A stretch of 53,840 nt of DNA, taken from NCBI GenBank assembly GCA_965370965.1, contig CBDUWQ010000002.1, positions 1 through 53,840 on the forward strand, written 5' to 3'. The DNA is from an uncultured Bacteroidales bacterium. GTDB taxonomy: Bacteria > Bacteroidota > Bacteroidia > Bacteroidales > SZUA-534. The position numbers and the translations under genes were made by a program. A model generated the notes under the pieces. It saw only the letters and a program-made list of their open reading frames with translations, ran no database searches and was not told the DNA's origin. Shown piece after piece: positions 44,517 to 53,765 of the stretch. Within the stretch, counting starts at the first letter, position 1; every line of letters starts with the position of its first letter.

Positions 44517-44613
44517 ACCTAAACTGAGCGATTATGAACTTTGAAAAACACCCTGTCTGCCGAACAGGCAGGCATTGTCAATTTTATTTGCACACAATCG
44601 CTCAATTTAGGTT
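44516..44613. repeat. TIR-bounded palindromic element, copy 1 (98 bp)
   Basis: The arms are AACCTAAACTGAGCGATT (44516-44533) and AATCGCTCAATTTAGGTT (44596-44613), with 17 of 18 positions complementary. The centre is CCTGTCTGCCGAACAGGCAGG. Confidence 0.65.
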
Positions 44614-44679
44614 AAAAACAAATTATAATATTAATAATTGTTATGCTATATTTGCGTGCTAACAAAAAATAATGAATAT

Positions 44680-45120
44680 ATGTTAAAGGATATTTTAGCT
44701 ATTTCCGGTGAACCGGGACTTTACAAGTTAGTTTCAAACACTAAAAACGGAATTATTGTTGAAAATTTAGAAACTAACAAAAGAATGCCAAGTTATGCAA
44801 CAGCCAAAGTAAGCGCACTTGAAGATATTGCAATTTTTACCGAAGATGGTGAAGATAAATCACTACGAGAGGTTTTAAAAAGCATAAACGAGAAAGAAAA
44901 TGGCGGTGCTGCAATAAAACCAAAATCAGATAGTAGCGAATTAAAGGCTTATTTTGAGCAGGTTATGCCTGAATATGACAAAGACCGTGTTTATGTGTCA
45001 GACATAAAAAAGGTTTTTCAATGGTATGGTATTCTTCAAAAATTAGACATGCTTGGTTTGCTTGATAAAGAAGAAGAAAAGGAAGACGCCATTGAAGAAA
45101 AGAGCATAGAGAAAAAATAG
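44680..45120 (+). CDS. Conserved hypothetical protein (DUF5606-like)
   Basis: MLKDILAISGEPGLYKLVSNTKNGIIVE is followed by an acidic tail. The track start at 44638 is a TTG, and the ATG at 44680 is preferred. Confidence 0.6.
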   Translation: MLKDILAISGEPGLYKLVSNTKNGIIVENLETNKRMPSYATAKVSALEDIAIFTEDGEDKSLREVLKSINEKENGGAAIKPKSDSSELKAYFEQVMPEYDKDRVYVSDIKKVFQWYGILQKLDMLGLLDKEEEKEDAIEEKSIEKK

Positions 45121-45151
45121 AATTTCTGATAAAATAGAATAATTATTGCTA

Positions 45152-45180
45152 AAAGCATGGACAAACCGTGCTTTTTGTGT
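45152..45180 (+). terminator. Rho-independent terminator
   Basis: AGCATGG-ACAAA-CCGTGCT has one G-U pair and is followed by TTTTTGTGTTTTT. Confidence 0.6.
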
Positions 45181-45223
45181 TTTTATATATCTGATTTCAT
45201 CTATTGGGTCATTATCGCTTTTT

Positions 45224-45387
45224 ACCTAAATTAAGCGATTCAGGACAAAGAAAATTGCCGATGCTGTTGTACAAAAGGGAATTCATAAAATTCGAATTCA
45301 CCTTGTTGGTAATAGAGGATTTTTGAATTTTCCTTTTGTGTTGCATGATTGATGATTTTCAAAGTTTTGAATCGCTCAATTTAGGTT
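45224..45387. repeat. TIR-bounded palindromic element, copy 2 (164 bp)
   Basis: The arms are ACCTAAATTAAGCGATT (45224-45240) and AATCGCTCAATTTAGGTT (45370-45387). Internal pairing joins ACAAAAGGGAATTC to GAATTTTCCTTTTGT. Confidence 0.65.
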
Positions 45388-45445
45388 TTAGTCAGAACAA
45401 TCTAACCTGATTAATTATTCAGGCTAATAACTAATTTTTAATATT

Positions 45446-45757
45446 ATGCTGTATCCGTATTCAGATAAAGTTGAGGTGCTAAATATTGATGGTGCAAAAG
45501 GTTACAGGCTTGCCCAAACCAAATTAAATGAAATTGTTTTATTGCATATTAAACAAGGTGGAGAGATTGCTTTACATGCTTTACCCATGAATGTTACGTT
45601 TTATGTAATTGCCGGAAATGGTAGTGCTACAATTGAAAATAAAACAATACAAGCAAATATCGGTGATATTATTGAAGTTAAAGCTAATACCCTGCGAGGC
45701 TGGAAAAACACTAATATTGAGAAATTAGAACTGCTGGTTATCAAAGAGAAAATATAG
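45446..45757 (+). CDS. Cupin domain-containing protein
   Basis: 103 aa, single-domain size, with a beta-rich pattern GGEIALHALPMNVTFYVIAGNG...GDIIEV. Confidence 0.6.
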   Translation: MLYPYSDKVEVLNIDGAKGYRLAQTKLNEIVLLHIKQGGEIALHALPMNVTFYVIAGNGSATIENKTIQANIGDIIEVKANTLRGWKNTNIEKLELLVIKEKI

Positions 45758-45854
45758 GGCATCTCTAAATCATTAAATTCAAGACAGAAAAGTAATATTT
45801 TTTAGGATTTTTCTTAAAAAAGGAAATCAAGCTAATTATTATCGAAAAAAAATG

Positions 45855-45937
45855 TGGGGAGAGCAGGATTCGAACCTGCGAAGTCGTATGACAACAGAGT
45901 TACAGTCTGTCCCAGTTGGCCACTTTGGTATCTCCCC
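45855..45937 (-). tRNA. tRNA-Tyr (anticodon GTA), class II with long variable arm
   Basis: The reverse complement is GGGGAGA-TA-CCA..TGG-G-ACAGA-CTGTAAC-TCTGT-(long variable arm)-GCAGG-TTCGAAT-CCTGC-TCTCCCC-A. CCA is not encoded. Confidence 0.9.
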
Positions 45938-45966
45938 AAATAAATACAATTTATTAGAACTTTTTG

Positions 45967-46040
45967 AGCCGATGGAGGGATTCGAACCCACGGCCTGCTG
46001 ATTACAAATCAGCTGCTCTGACCAACTGAGCTACATCGGC
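45967..46040 (-). tRNA. tRNA-Thr (anticodon TGT)
   Basis: The reverse complement is GCCGATG-TA-GCTC-AGTTGGTCA-GAGC-A-GCTGA-TTTGTAA-TCAGC-AGGCC-GTGGG-TTCGAAT-CCCTC-CATCGGC-T. There is one T-T mismatch in the T stem. Confidence 0.85.
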
Positions 46041-46208
46041 TTTATAATACCAATTATAAAGCAAAGCACTCAATATAAACCATTTCTATTTTCCTTTTAC
46101 TTCGTTGAAAATTATTTCAATAAACATAGCTATTCAAAGAATTTTCGTCTTAATTAAGAAAAATATACTCTGATTTATTTATCGGGCTTTTTGCATAATA
46201 ATTAGTAT

Positions 46209-46242
46209 AACACAACCAAAGTTTTATACGGTTGTGTTTTTT
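46209..46242. terminator. Hairpin plus T-run downstream of purC; the U-tract orientation fits the plus strand
   Basis: AACACAACC-(12 nt)-GGTTGTGTT is followed by TTTT. Confidence 0.4.
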
Positions 46243-46308
46243 ACAGTCTCAAAACGGTGTGCAAAAGTATAATATTTTTATTACCGTACAATAGCGAGAA
46301 TAAAATAA

Positions 46309-47259
46309 TTATAAAGTTTTTAAATAATCAGTTACATTTTTCTCAATACGCGTACTTACTGAACTTAAATCAGCTTTTTCAAATTTATTTCCGATAATAC
46401 TTTCGTACAATTCAATATACCTTGTTGATACCTGATTGATAAAACTTTCGGGCAACTCAGGCAACTTTTCATCTTCTCTGCCCTGAAAATTATTCTCCAT
46501 AAGCCATTCGCGTACAAACTCCTTTGAAAGCTGTTTTTGACTTTTACCCTTCATAAAACGCTCGGCATAACCAGCTTTATAAAAATATCGCGATGAATCA
46601 GGAGTATGAATTTCATCAATCAGATAAATTTTACCGTCTTTTTTTCCAAATTCATACTTTGTATCAACCAAAATAAGCCCCATTTCATTTGCTATTTTAC
46701 TGCCTCTTTTAAATAATTCCAACGAGTACTTTTCAAGTTGCACATAGTCCTCTTCTGAAACCAAGCCTTGCTTAATAATCTCGTCGCGCGAAATATTCTC
46801 ATCATGCTCACCCTGTTCGGCTTTAGTAGTCGGGGTTAAAATAGGCTCAGGAAATGCCTGATGTTCACTTAGTCCTTCAGCTAACTTCACTCCACAAATA
46901 TCACGTCCACCATTTTTATAAAGCCTCCACGAACTGCCTGTTAGGTAGCCACGCACAATCATTTCAACAGCAAAAGGCTCGCAAGCAATTCCTACTGTAA
47001 CATTTGGGTCGGGTGTGGCAATTTTCCAGTTTGGCACAATATCGGCTGTTGCATCTAAAAATTTGGCTGCAATTTGGTTAAGCACCTGCCCCTTGTAAGG
47101 AATACCTTTTGGTAGTACAACATCAAATGCCGAAATTCTATCAGAAACTACCATTACAAGGTAATCGTTGTTAATGTTATAAACATCGCGCACTTTACCC
47201 TTATAAACGCTTTTTTGGTTTGGGAATTTAAAATCTGTTTTTACAATTGCTTTTTCCAT
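46309..47259 (-). CDS. purC: Phosphoribosylaminoimidazole-succinocarboxamide synthase (SAICAR synthetase), long form
   Basis: 316 aa with [17 protein letters not shown] and [11 protein letters not shown] motifs. Confidence 0.93.
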   Translation of the reverse strand: MEKAIVKTDFKFPNQKSVYKGKVRDVYNINNDYLVMVVSDRISAFDVVLPKGIPYKGQVLNQIAAKFLDATADIVPNWKIATPDPNVTVGIACEPFAVEMIVRGYLTGSSWRLYKNGGRDICGVKLAEGLSEHQAFPEPILTPTTKAEQGEHDENISRDEIIKQGLVSEEDYVQLEKYSLELFKRGSKIANEMGLILVDTKYEFGKKDGKIYLIDEIHTPDSSRYFYKAGYAERFMKGKSQKQLSKEFVREWLMENNFQGREDEKLPELPESFINQVSTRYIELYESIIGNKFEKADLSSVSTRIEKNVTDYLKTL

Positions 47260-47316
47260 TTTTTAATAATTATTAATTTGCCTATAAAATATATTTTCAA
47301 TTATCTTTTATTAAAT

Positions 47317-47603
47317 AGTGTCAGCAAGAAAACCACCATTTTTTTTAAGTCTTTGACCTGTCTGCCAAGGTATGCCATGCAGACAGGTCAAAGACAAGCC
47401 CGCCTTAAGGTAAACCTGAACGATTAGTCGGGCAGGGCTTTATGCACAATAATAAAAACTATCAAAGGTGTTTATAAACTCCCTTTGATAGTTTCGAAGT
47501 CTTAATTGTCAGGAGTCCGCTGCGGCGGATGACTGTCAATTAAGGCGAGAGTAACCTGCCTGTAGCAGGCAGGCGGCGTATTTGGCGTTTTCTTGCAAAG
47601 ACT
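47317..47603. repeat. Roughly 285-bp block of nested palindromes bounded by inverted GCAAGAAAAC/GTTTTCTTGC arms (MITE-like element or structured RNA)
   Basis: The outer arms are at 47324-47333 and 47587-47596. Inside are a perfect 17-bp stem (47349-47365 with 47379-47395), AAGCCCGCC with GGCAGGGCTT, ATCAAAGG with CCTTTGAT (47461/47482), CTTAATTG..CAATTAAG (47501-47544) and CCTGCCTG-TAG-CAGGCAGG (47555-47573). Confidence 0.6.
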
Positions 47604-47610
47604 AAATAAA

Positions 47611-48555
47611 TTATTGCGCTTGTTTCTCGTAGGCTTTAACTATCTCTTTAACAAGTTTATGTCTAACAATATCTGTTTCGTCTAATTCAACCATACTTAT
47701 TCCTTTAATTTTATCTAAAATTTTTAATGACTGTACCATACCACTATCTTTAATTTTAGGCAAGTCAACTTGGGTAATATCGCCTGTAATAATAAATTTT
47801 GCATTCATGCCCATGCGGGTTAAAAACATTTTCATTTGCAACAAAGTTGTATTTTGGGCTTCATCCAAAATAACAAATGCGTTATCGAGCGTTCGCCCAC
47901 GCATAAACGCCAAAGGTGCAATTTGAATAATCCCCTCTTCAAGATAATTTTCCAGTTTTTTTGGCGGAATCATATCATTTAAAGCATCGTAAAGCGGCTG
48001 TAAATAAGGGTCTATTTTCTCCTTTAAATCACCGGGTAAAAAACCGAGCCTTTCGCCGGCTTCAACTGCCGGACGACTTAAAATAATTTTTTTTACCTCT
48101 CTATTTCTAAGTGCCCTAACTGCAAGGGCTATAGCCGTATAGGTTTTACCCGAGCCGGCAGGTCCCAGCGCAAATAGCATATCGCTTTTATAGCTTTTTT
48201 GAACTAGTATTTTTTGATTTTTTGTTAGTGCCCTGATAGGTTTACCATGATTCCCAAATAAAATTAAATCGTTAATATTATCATGCTTTGGCTTATTGGG
48301 CTCATTGGCATTCAAAATTTGCAAAATATCATCTTCTGACAATCTGTTAAACTTATCAAAAAAGTTGATAATATCTTTAAGTTTTCCCTCAAATTCAGAT
48401 ATATATTGTTCCTCACCAATTACCTTAATTTCGTGTCCACGCGATATAAGCTGAACTTTTGGAAATGCCCTTTTTATTATCTCTAACTTTGAATTATTTA
48501 CTCCCAGCAGTTCAATGGGGTCAATTGCTTCAATGTGTAGTATTTTTTCTGTCAT
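47611..48555 (-). CDS. phoH: PhoH-family ATPase (PhoH/YbeZ)
   Basis: 314 aa with Walker A GPAGSGKTYTA and FVILDEAQN. The length is typical of the family. Confidence 0.9.
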   Translation of the reverse strand: MTEKILHIEAIDPIELLGVNNSKLEIIKRAFPKVQLISRGHEIKVIGEEQYISEFEGKLKDIINFFDKFNRLSEDDILQILNANEPNKPKHDNINDLILFGNHGKPIRALTKNQKILVQKSYKSDMLFALGPAGSGKTYTAIALAVRALRNREVKKIILSRPAVEAGERLGFLPGDLKEKIDPYLQPLYDALNDMIPPKKLENYLEEGIIQIAPLAFMRGRTLDNAFVILDEAQNTTLLQMKMFLTRMGMNAKFIITGDITQVDLPKIKDSGMVQSLKILDKIKGISMVELDETDIVRHKLVKEIVKAYEKQAQ

Positions 48556-48717
48556 TTAAGTTAATAATTTTTACACCGCAAAAGTACTTAATTAAAAAGT
48601 TCTACTATTATTTTAGTAAGATTTTTATAATACACTATTGATTTTTATTACACCTACTTTAAATGATTAAAAATTCCATTACATTTGTCAATTAAAAAAG
48701 CTGATTTCAACCAATAT

Positions 48718-49497
48718 ATGTCTATAATTACATTAACAACAGACTGGCATAACGATGATTTTTATACAGGAGCTATAAAAGGATTGCTTTATAGCAAATG
48801 CCCCGACATTACGGTTATTGACATTACACACAAAATAGATAGCTTTAAATACGCCCAAGCTGCTTTTGTACTGCGTAATGCTTTTTCGTTTTATCCTAAA
48901 GGAACAATACATTTGGTAGGCATAAACAGCGATCCAACAAAAGATCACCCCCCTATTTGCTTAAAAATAAAAGGACAGTTTTTTTTAGGTGCTGCAAGCG
49001 GTATTTTTAGTTTAATGTTTTCTGAAAAACCCGATAAAATTGTAAAAATTGAAGAGACCGATATTATAAAAAACAGTTCGTTTCCTGAATTAACAATATT
49101 TGCCGAAGCTGCATCAATATTGGTAAATGGTGGAGAAATGGAACAACTGGGACCCGAACTGCCAAGCCAATACCGGCATGTGCAATTTATGCCTGCAATT
49201 GACGAAAATGATATTACCGGAAATGTAATTTATATTGATTCGTACCAAAATATTATCACCAATATTAGTAATGACCTGTTTAACCAGGTAGGTAAAAAAC
49301 GAAAATTTATTATTACCGTAAAAAGTGAAACCTACAGTACAAACAAATTAAGCAAAAATTACTCTGAAGTAGAAGTAGGTGAAATACTTGCCCTTTTTAA
49401 CTCGTTGGGACTGTTAGAGATAGCCATTCGCAACGGGCGTATTGCTGAGCTTATCGACATTAAAATTAATTCACCCGTTACAATTAAATTCAAATGA
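48718..49497 (+). CDS. SAM hydrolase / SAM-dependent halogenase family protein (S-adenosyl-L-methionine hydroxide adenosyltransferase, DUF62)
   Basis: MSIITLTTDWHNDDFYTGAIKG..VIDITH..HLVGINS..YIDSYQNIITNI matches the family pattern. The track start at 48685 is a TTG. Confidence 0.75.
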   Translation: MSIITLTTDWHNDDFYTGAIKGLLYSKCPDITVIDITHKIDSFKYAQAAFVLRNAFSFYPKGTIHLVGINSDPTKDHPPICLKIKGQFFLGAASGIFSLMFSEKPDKIVKIEETDIIKNSSFPELTIFAEAASILVNGGEMEQLGPELPSQYRHVQFMPAIDENDITGNVIYIDSYQNIITNISNDLFNQVGKKRKFIITVKSETYSTNKLSKNYSEVEVGEILALFNSLGLLEIAIRNGRIAELIDIKINSPVTIKFK

Positions 49498-49778
49498 TTA
49501 CACGTATAGTTAAGGCAAAAATTAAACCTGAGAATACTAAAGAGTTTAAAATTTACATTCGTACTTTTTTAAATGAAGCAATAGCGTTTAAAAACAACCA
49601 CCATGCTGATTGTTTTGCTGATTTAGATGAAAATTCAAATTTTCATATTTATACAATATGGAAAACCGAAGGGGCATTAAATAAATTTAAAAAATCAGAT
49701 ATCAACCTTGAGTTTAAAAATAAACTTACAAAATGGTGTATGTCACCATATTCGGCATGGACAGTAGAGAATATTTAA
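49494..49778 (+). CDS. Antibiotic-biosynthesis-monooxygenase (ABM) domain protein
   Basis: 94 aa, the size of a ferredoxin-like ABM fold. The start is coupled to the previous gene by an ATGA overlap. Confidence 0.55.
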   Translation: MITRIVKAKIKPENTKEFKIYIRTFLNEAIAFKNNHHADCFADLDENSNFHIYTIWKTEGALNKFKKSDINLEFKNKLTKWCMSPYSAWTVENI

Positions 49779-49819
49779 AAAAATTAACCTACTTAGCACC
49801 GTTTTAATCTTTTAAAAAT

Positions 49820-50602
49820 ATGATTGAAAAACACAAAAAGGCTTTTGGAGAACTTTTAGAGATAATGGACGAATTACGTGCTAAATGCCCGTGGGATAAG
49901 GAACAAACGCTTGAAAGCTTACGTACACTTACAATTGAAGAAACATACGAACTGGCTGATGCTATTATTGATAACGACCTTAATGAGATTAAAAAGGAGT
50001 TGGGAGATATTTTACTGCATATTGTATTTTATGCAAAAATAGGTTCTGAAAAAGGTGCTTTTGACATATCGGATGTAATTGAAAGTATCAACAAAAAACT
50101 GATTTACCGTCATCCACATATTTTTGGTAACGCAAAAGTTAACAACGCTATTGAAGTTTTGGAAAACTGGGAACAATTAAAACTTAAAGAAAAGGACGGA
50201 AACAAAACAGTATTGCAGGGAGTACCTAAATCGTTACCTGCCACAATTAAAGCGCACCGTATTCAAGACAAGGTACGTGGAGTTGGTTTTGATTGGGATG
50301 AACGTGATCAGGTTTGGGAAAAAGTTACTGAAGAAATTAATGAGCTTGAGGTTGAATTAAAAGCTGACCCTAATTCGCCAGAAGCTGAGCAGGAGTTTGG
50401 CGACCTATTTTTTAGCCTGATTAATGCTGCCCGTTTATATGGCATTAATCCTGAAAATGCCTTAGAGCGCACAAACATGAAGTTTATAAAGCGTTTTAAT
50501 TACCTTGAAGACAAAACTATTAAGCAAGGCATCGACCTAAAATCTATGCCGTTAGAAGATATGGAGAAGATATGGCAAGAAGCAAAAAAGATAACAGGAT
50601 AG
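49820..50602 (+). CDS. mazG: Nucleoside triphosphate pyrophosphohydrolase MazG
   Basis: 260 aa with tandem MazG domains: CPWDKEQTLESLRTLTIEETYELADAI, EIKKELGDILLHIVFYA and EFGDLFFSLINAARLYGINPE. Confidence 0.9.
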   Translation: MIEKHKKAFGELLEIMDELRAKCPWDKEQTLESLRTLTIEETYELADAIIDNDLNEIKKELGDILLHIVFYAKIGSEKGAFDISDVIESINKKLIYRHPHIFGNAKVNNAIEVLENWEQLKLKEKDGNKTVLQGVPKSLPATIKAHRIQDKVRGVGFDWDERDQVWEKVTEEINELEVELKADPNSPEAEQEFGDLFFSLINAARLYGINPENALERTNMKFIKRFNYLEDKTIKQGIDLKSMPLEDMEKIWQEAKKITG

Positions 50603-50762
50603 TAAGTGCGTTCACAAATTAGCGTTACATTACATTTGTTTAAGATTTTTTCTTTAGGCAAGACAAAATTTGCAAGCATAGCCATAGCTACGGTTAATAA
50701 TTATAACTCAGCATAAAGGAAAAAGATGGACAAATATGTGATGTTATTTTATAAACGCATTA

Positions 50763-51425
50763 CTAGTAATAAAAAACAGGTTTTTGGTCGTCTTCTTTAA
50801 TTTTTTTTACCCAACGGTAAACTGTATGGTATGATAAACCTGTCATTGTGGCAATTTTAGCAGCTGAATACTTCTTGGATAACTTATACACTGTTGCCTT
50901 TACCTCACGATTATACCGTGGCGATTTACTTTTTTCTTTACAGTAACGCTTCCTAATACGTGCTATTGACATCTCCGACACTCCAAATTCAAGGCAAATA
51001 TCTTTTGCATATTCACCATTATCAAGCCTTTTGGCAATTTTAACAGCCTCATCGTATGATATATTTGAACTGCCACGGTACTTTCTCCCACCATCTTTAA
51101 AAACCTTTCGGTTTTTTGCATATAAATCTTTGCTAGAACCCCACATTAAATTAGTATAGTGGTTATCTTTAATGTCGTTATTTTTATGCAATACATATTT
51201 ATTGGCAATTGGCCGTTTGTTAACAATATACGCCTCGGCAACCACCCTGTGCACATAAAAACCTTTGCCCTTAATACTAATGGCTTTATATCCTACACTA
51301 GTTTTTGATGTTTTAATTACATGCTGATTTACCTCTTTACCCTGAAACTTAATAATAGTCCCATCTTCACTTACCTCAACTGGGTCAGTTACTCCTTTAA
51401 GTTTGACTTCTTTTAATTCTTCCAT
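50763..51425 (-). CDS. Free-standing HNH (HNH_3-type) homing-endonuclease-like protein with two C-terminal HTH modules
   Basis: The HNH pattern is VHRVVAEAY..VLHKNNDIKDNHYTNLMWG. HTH-like segments are AKDICLEFGVSEMSIARIRKR and AAKIATMTGLSYHTVYRWVKK. The track start at 51485 is a TTG, and the ATG at 51425 (MEELKEV) is preferred. Confidence 0.75.
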   Translation of the reverse strand: MEELKEVKLKGVTDPVEVSEDGTIIKFQGKEVNQHVIKTSKTSVGYKAISIKGKGFYVHRVVAEAYIVNKRPIANKYVLHKNNDIKDNHYTNLMWGSSKDLYAKNRKVFKDGGRKYRGSSNISYDEAVKIAKRLDNGEYAKDICLEFGVSEMSIARIRKRYCKEKSKSPRYNREVKATVYKLSKKYSAAKIATMTGLSYHTVYRWVKKIKEDDQKPVFYY

Positions 51426-51683
51426 ATTAATTATCCTTATCCCTATTGGTACAACAAACCTAAAACATTTTATAAAAAAAAACAAATCAAAAAATATAGA
51501 GTTACCATATTATACCGATTGTGAAGCATATTTGCCGATATATTTCATTAACATTCATATATCAACATTGCTTCTACATAGGCATTATACCAGCAGTTTT
51601 GAAATTAAAATGGTATTAATTCCGCAAGCTAACTGTTAATTAATTGACAGTCAAAACAAATTGTTAATTAGTGCTTACACGAA

Positions 51684-52031
51684 AACTGTCAATTTTTACG
51701 AAATGGAATATTTTAGATGAGATTTTTATTTTTCGAAATAAATTGATGCCTGTGTATCAACTTATTGAGAAAAGTAAAAATATCGCTAAAAGAAACATTT
51801 CTAATTTTGTAGAGTTTTCTTGCTAGCACTAATTATTATTTGGCAAGCACTAAGGTCGGAACAATTGACCTTATAACAATTAACATGTTGATTACTAAAC
51901 AGTATTTTTGCAATAACTATATTTTAAAATGAAACCATTTTATAAGATTAGCACCCTGATGAATCCGAGTGCTAATATCATTCTCATTGTAAATAGTCTC
52001 ATTCAAAATCCGTTTAAATCAGTTGTTCTGA
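51684..52031. repeat. Copy B of the two-block conserved intergenic element
   Basis: The left block at 51684-51718 and the right block at 51998-52031 match 3790-3824 and 3964-3997. The interior contains the hairpin TTAGCAC-(14 nt)-GTGCTAA. Confidence 0.55.
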
Positions 52032-52058
52032 AGGTCTTACAAAGTAGTGGTTTTTCCC

Positions 52059-53765
52059 TTATTTTAACTTAGCCAGCTCATCTTTTACAAAATCCATTAA
52101 CTCCTGAATATACTTTTTGCTAAAATTAAACTCAATACCGGCTTGTTTGTATATATGCGATATAGGAGCCGTGTATCCCATTTTTAAAGCCTTTTTGAAA
52201 TTATCAATAGCCAGTTTCTTATCTTTCTTAAAGTTTTTCCAAATTGCTATTGCACCCAACTGTGCAATAGCATACTCAATATAATAAAAAGGTACTTCAA
52301 AAATATGCAATTGCTTTTGCCACTGGTTCTCCTTGAATTTATCTAACCCAGAATAATCAATTATATCACTTCCAAACTCTTTTGATATCTGTAACCATGC
52401 ATTGGTTCGTTCTTTATGGGTATGATTCGGATTCTCATATAAAAAATGTTGAAATTTATCGATGGTTGCCACCCATGGCAATACAGTTAAAACATCCTCT
52501 AAATGAACACGCTTAGCTCGTTTTAATTCTTCTTTATCGTCAAAAAAGTAATGCCAATAATCCATAGTTATCAGCTCCATGCTCATTGATGCTAATTCGG
52601 CAATTTCAGCCGGGGGCTCTTTAAAATCAACAAGTTCAAGGTCGGCACTTAAATAAGCATGTATGGCATGACCGCCCTCATGAAGCATTGTTACCACATC
52701 GCGCAAATTACCTGTGGCATTCATAAAAATATATGGCACATTGCTTTCATGTAATGGATAATTAAAACCTCCGGGGGCTTTATTTTTTCTCGACTCTAAA
52801 TCAAGATAGCCCATACTTCGCATTTCGTTTAAGTACATTCCGAACTCAAGTGCAACATCGCGAAAAATAAAAGTAGTTTTCTTTATCAGTTCATCGACTT
52901 TGTTAAATGGTTTTAATGGTGGCATATTATCGTCATCCACATCTAAATCCCAGGGCTTAAGCTTGTCTAAACTTAATTTGTTTTTTCGCTCAATATGCAT
53001 TTTATCAATTATAGGTTTTACTGTATCGGCAATAGCTGTGTGAAATTGCTTGCAATCGTCAACACCATAATCAAATCGTCCCAAACTTTTAAATTTATAG
53101 TCGCGATAATTATTAAAACCTGCATTAATTGCTATTTTTTGGCGTAGCTTAATCAAATCAGAAAGAAGTGTATTCAGAGTTGCTGAATCCTGCATTCTGC
53201 GGTCATTCATCAATAAATACACCTCTTTTCTAACGTTCCTATCGTTATCTTTTAAATAATTGGCTGCCTTTTGCAGTGTTATATCTTCATTATTGTAATT
53301 AATCAGCATTTTTGATGAAATAACCCCAAACTCCTGTTCCTTCTGCTGCATCTGAGCTTCAATGGGTATATTTTTTTCTCTAAACAGTTCGATCTCTTTT
53401 TTTTGCTCTCTAATTATTGTGAAAATCTTTGACCTGTCAGTTAAAAACATTACTTCATCAGCAATAAACTTTTTATTTAATATATTTGATATCAGCGATA
53501 TTTCAGGTTCTATTTTGGTTATAAAAAAATTAAAATGCTCTGATAAACTTTTATCGGCAGTATTGCAGTTCATTTTTATATAGCGCCATGCAAGGTCTTC
53601 GCTTAAAATACTCTCAAGTTCACTACGATCAAGCAACCACTGCCAAACAGCTTTTTTAGTTGTTAACGGTCTGTTTTTTAAATCGTTAAAATAAGGTTTT
53701 ATGTCATTAAATGAGTTTATTACTATACTTTGATTTACAAAATTCCGTTTTAGTTTATTTGCCAT
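52059..53765 (-). CDS. M3-family oligoendopeptidase (PepF-like zinc metallopeptidase)
   Basis: 568 aa with the HExxH motif HEGGHAIH and a downstream Glu in EIAELASMSME. Confidence 0.85.
   Translation of the reverse strand: MANKLKRNFVNQSIVINSFNDIKPYFNDLKNRPLTTKKAVWQWLLDRSELESILSEDLAWRYIKMNCNTADKSLSEHFNFFITKIEPEISLISNILNKKFIADEVMFLTDRSKIFTIIREQKKEIELFREKNIPIEAQMQQKEQEFGVISSKMLINYNNEDITLQKAANYLKDNDRNVRKEVYLLMNDRRMQDSATLNTLLSDLIKLRQKIAINAGFNNYRDYKFKSLGRFDYGVDDCKQFHTAIADTVKPIIDKMHIERKNKLSLDKLKPWDLDVDDDNMPPLKPFNKVDELIKKTTFIFRDVALEFGMYLNEMRSMGYLDLESRKNKAPGGFNYPLHESNVPYIFMNATGNLRDVVTMLHEGGHAIHAYLSADLELVDFKEPPAEIAELASMSMELITMDYWHYFFDDKEELKRAKRVHLEDVLTVLPWVATIDKFQHFLYENPNHTHKERTNAWLQISKEFGSDIIDYSGLDKFKENQWQKQLHIFEVPFYYIEYAIAQLGAIAIWKNFKKDKKLAIDNFKKALKMGYTAPISHIYKQAGIEFNFSKKYIQELMDFVKDELAKLK

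Noticed and set aside
45855-46040. tRNA genes as an integration hotspot for the neighbouring repeats
   Set aside because: No partial tRNA duplication or integrase is present. The nearby TIR elements do not share sequence with the tRNA 3' ends.
47260-47610. Purine, ZTP or other riboswitch in the purC upstream spacer
   Set aside because: I could not find the conserved cores I remember for the purine or ZTP (pfl) motifs on the minus strand. The region looks like stacked perfect palindromes rather than a riboswitch fold. This is not excluded without an Rfam scan.
50763-51485. Interpreting the HNH gene as evidence of a prophage or integrative element
   Set aside because: No integrase, terminase, capsid or other phage genes and no att-like direct repeats were seen around it. 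Only a solitary nuclease gene with non-coding flanks is present.
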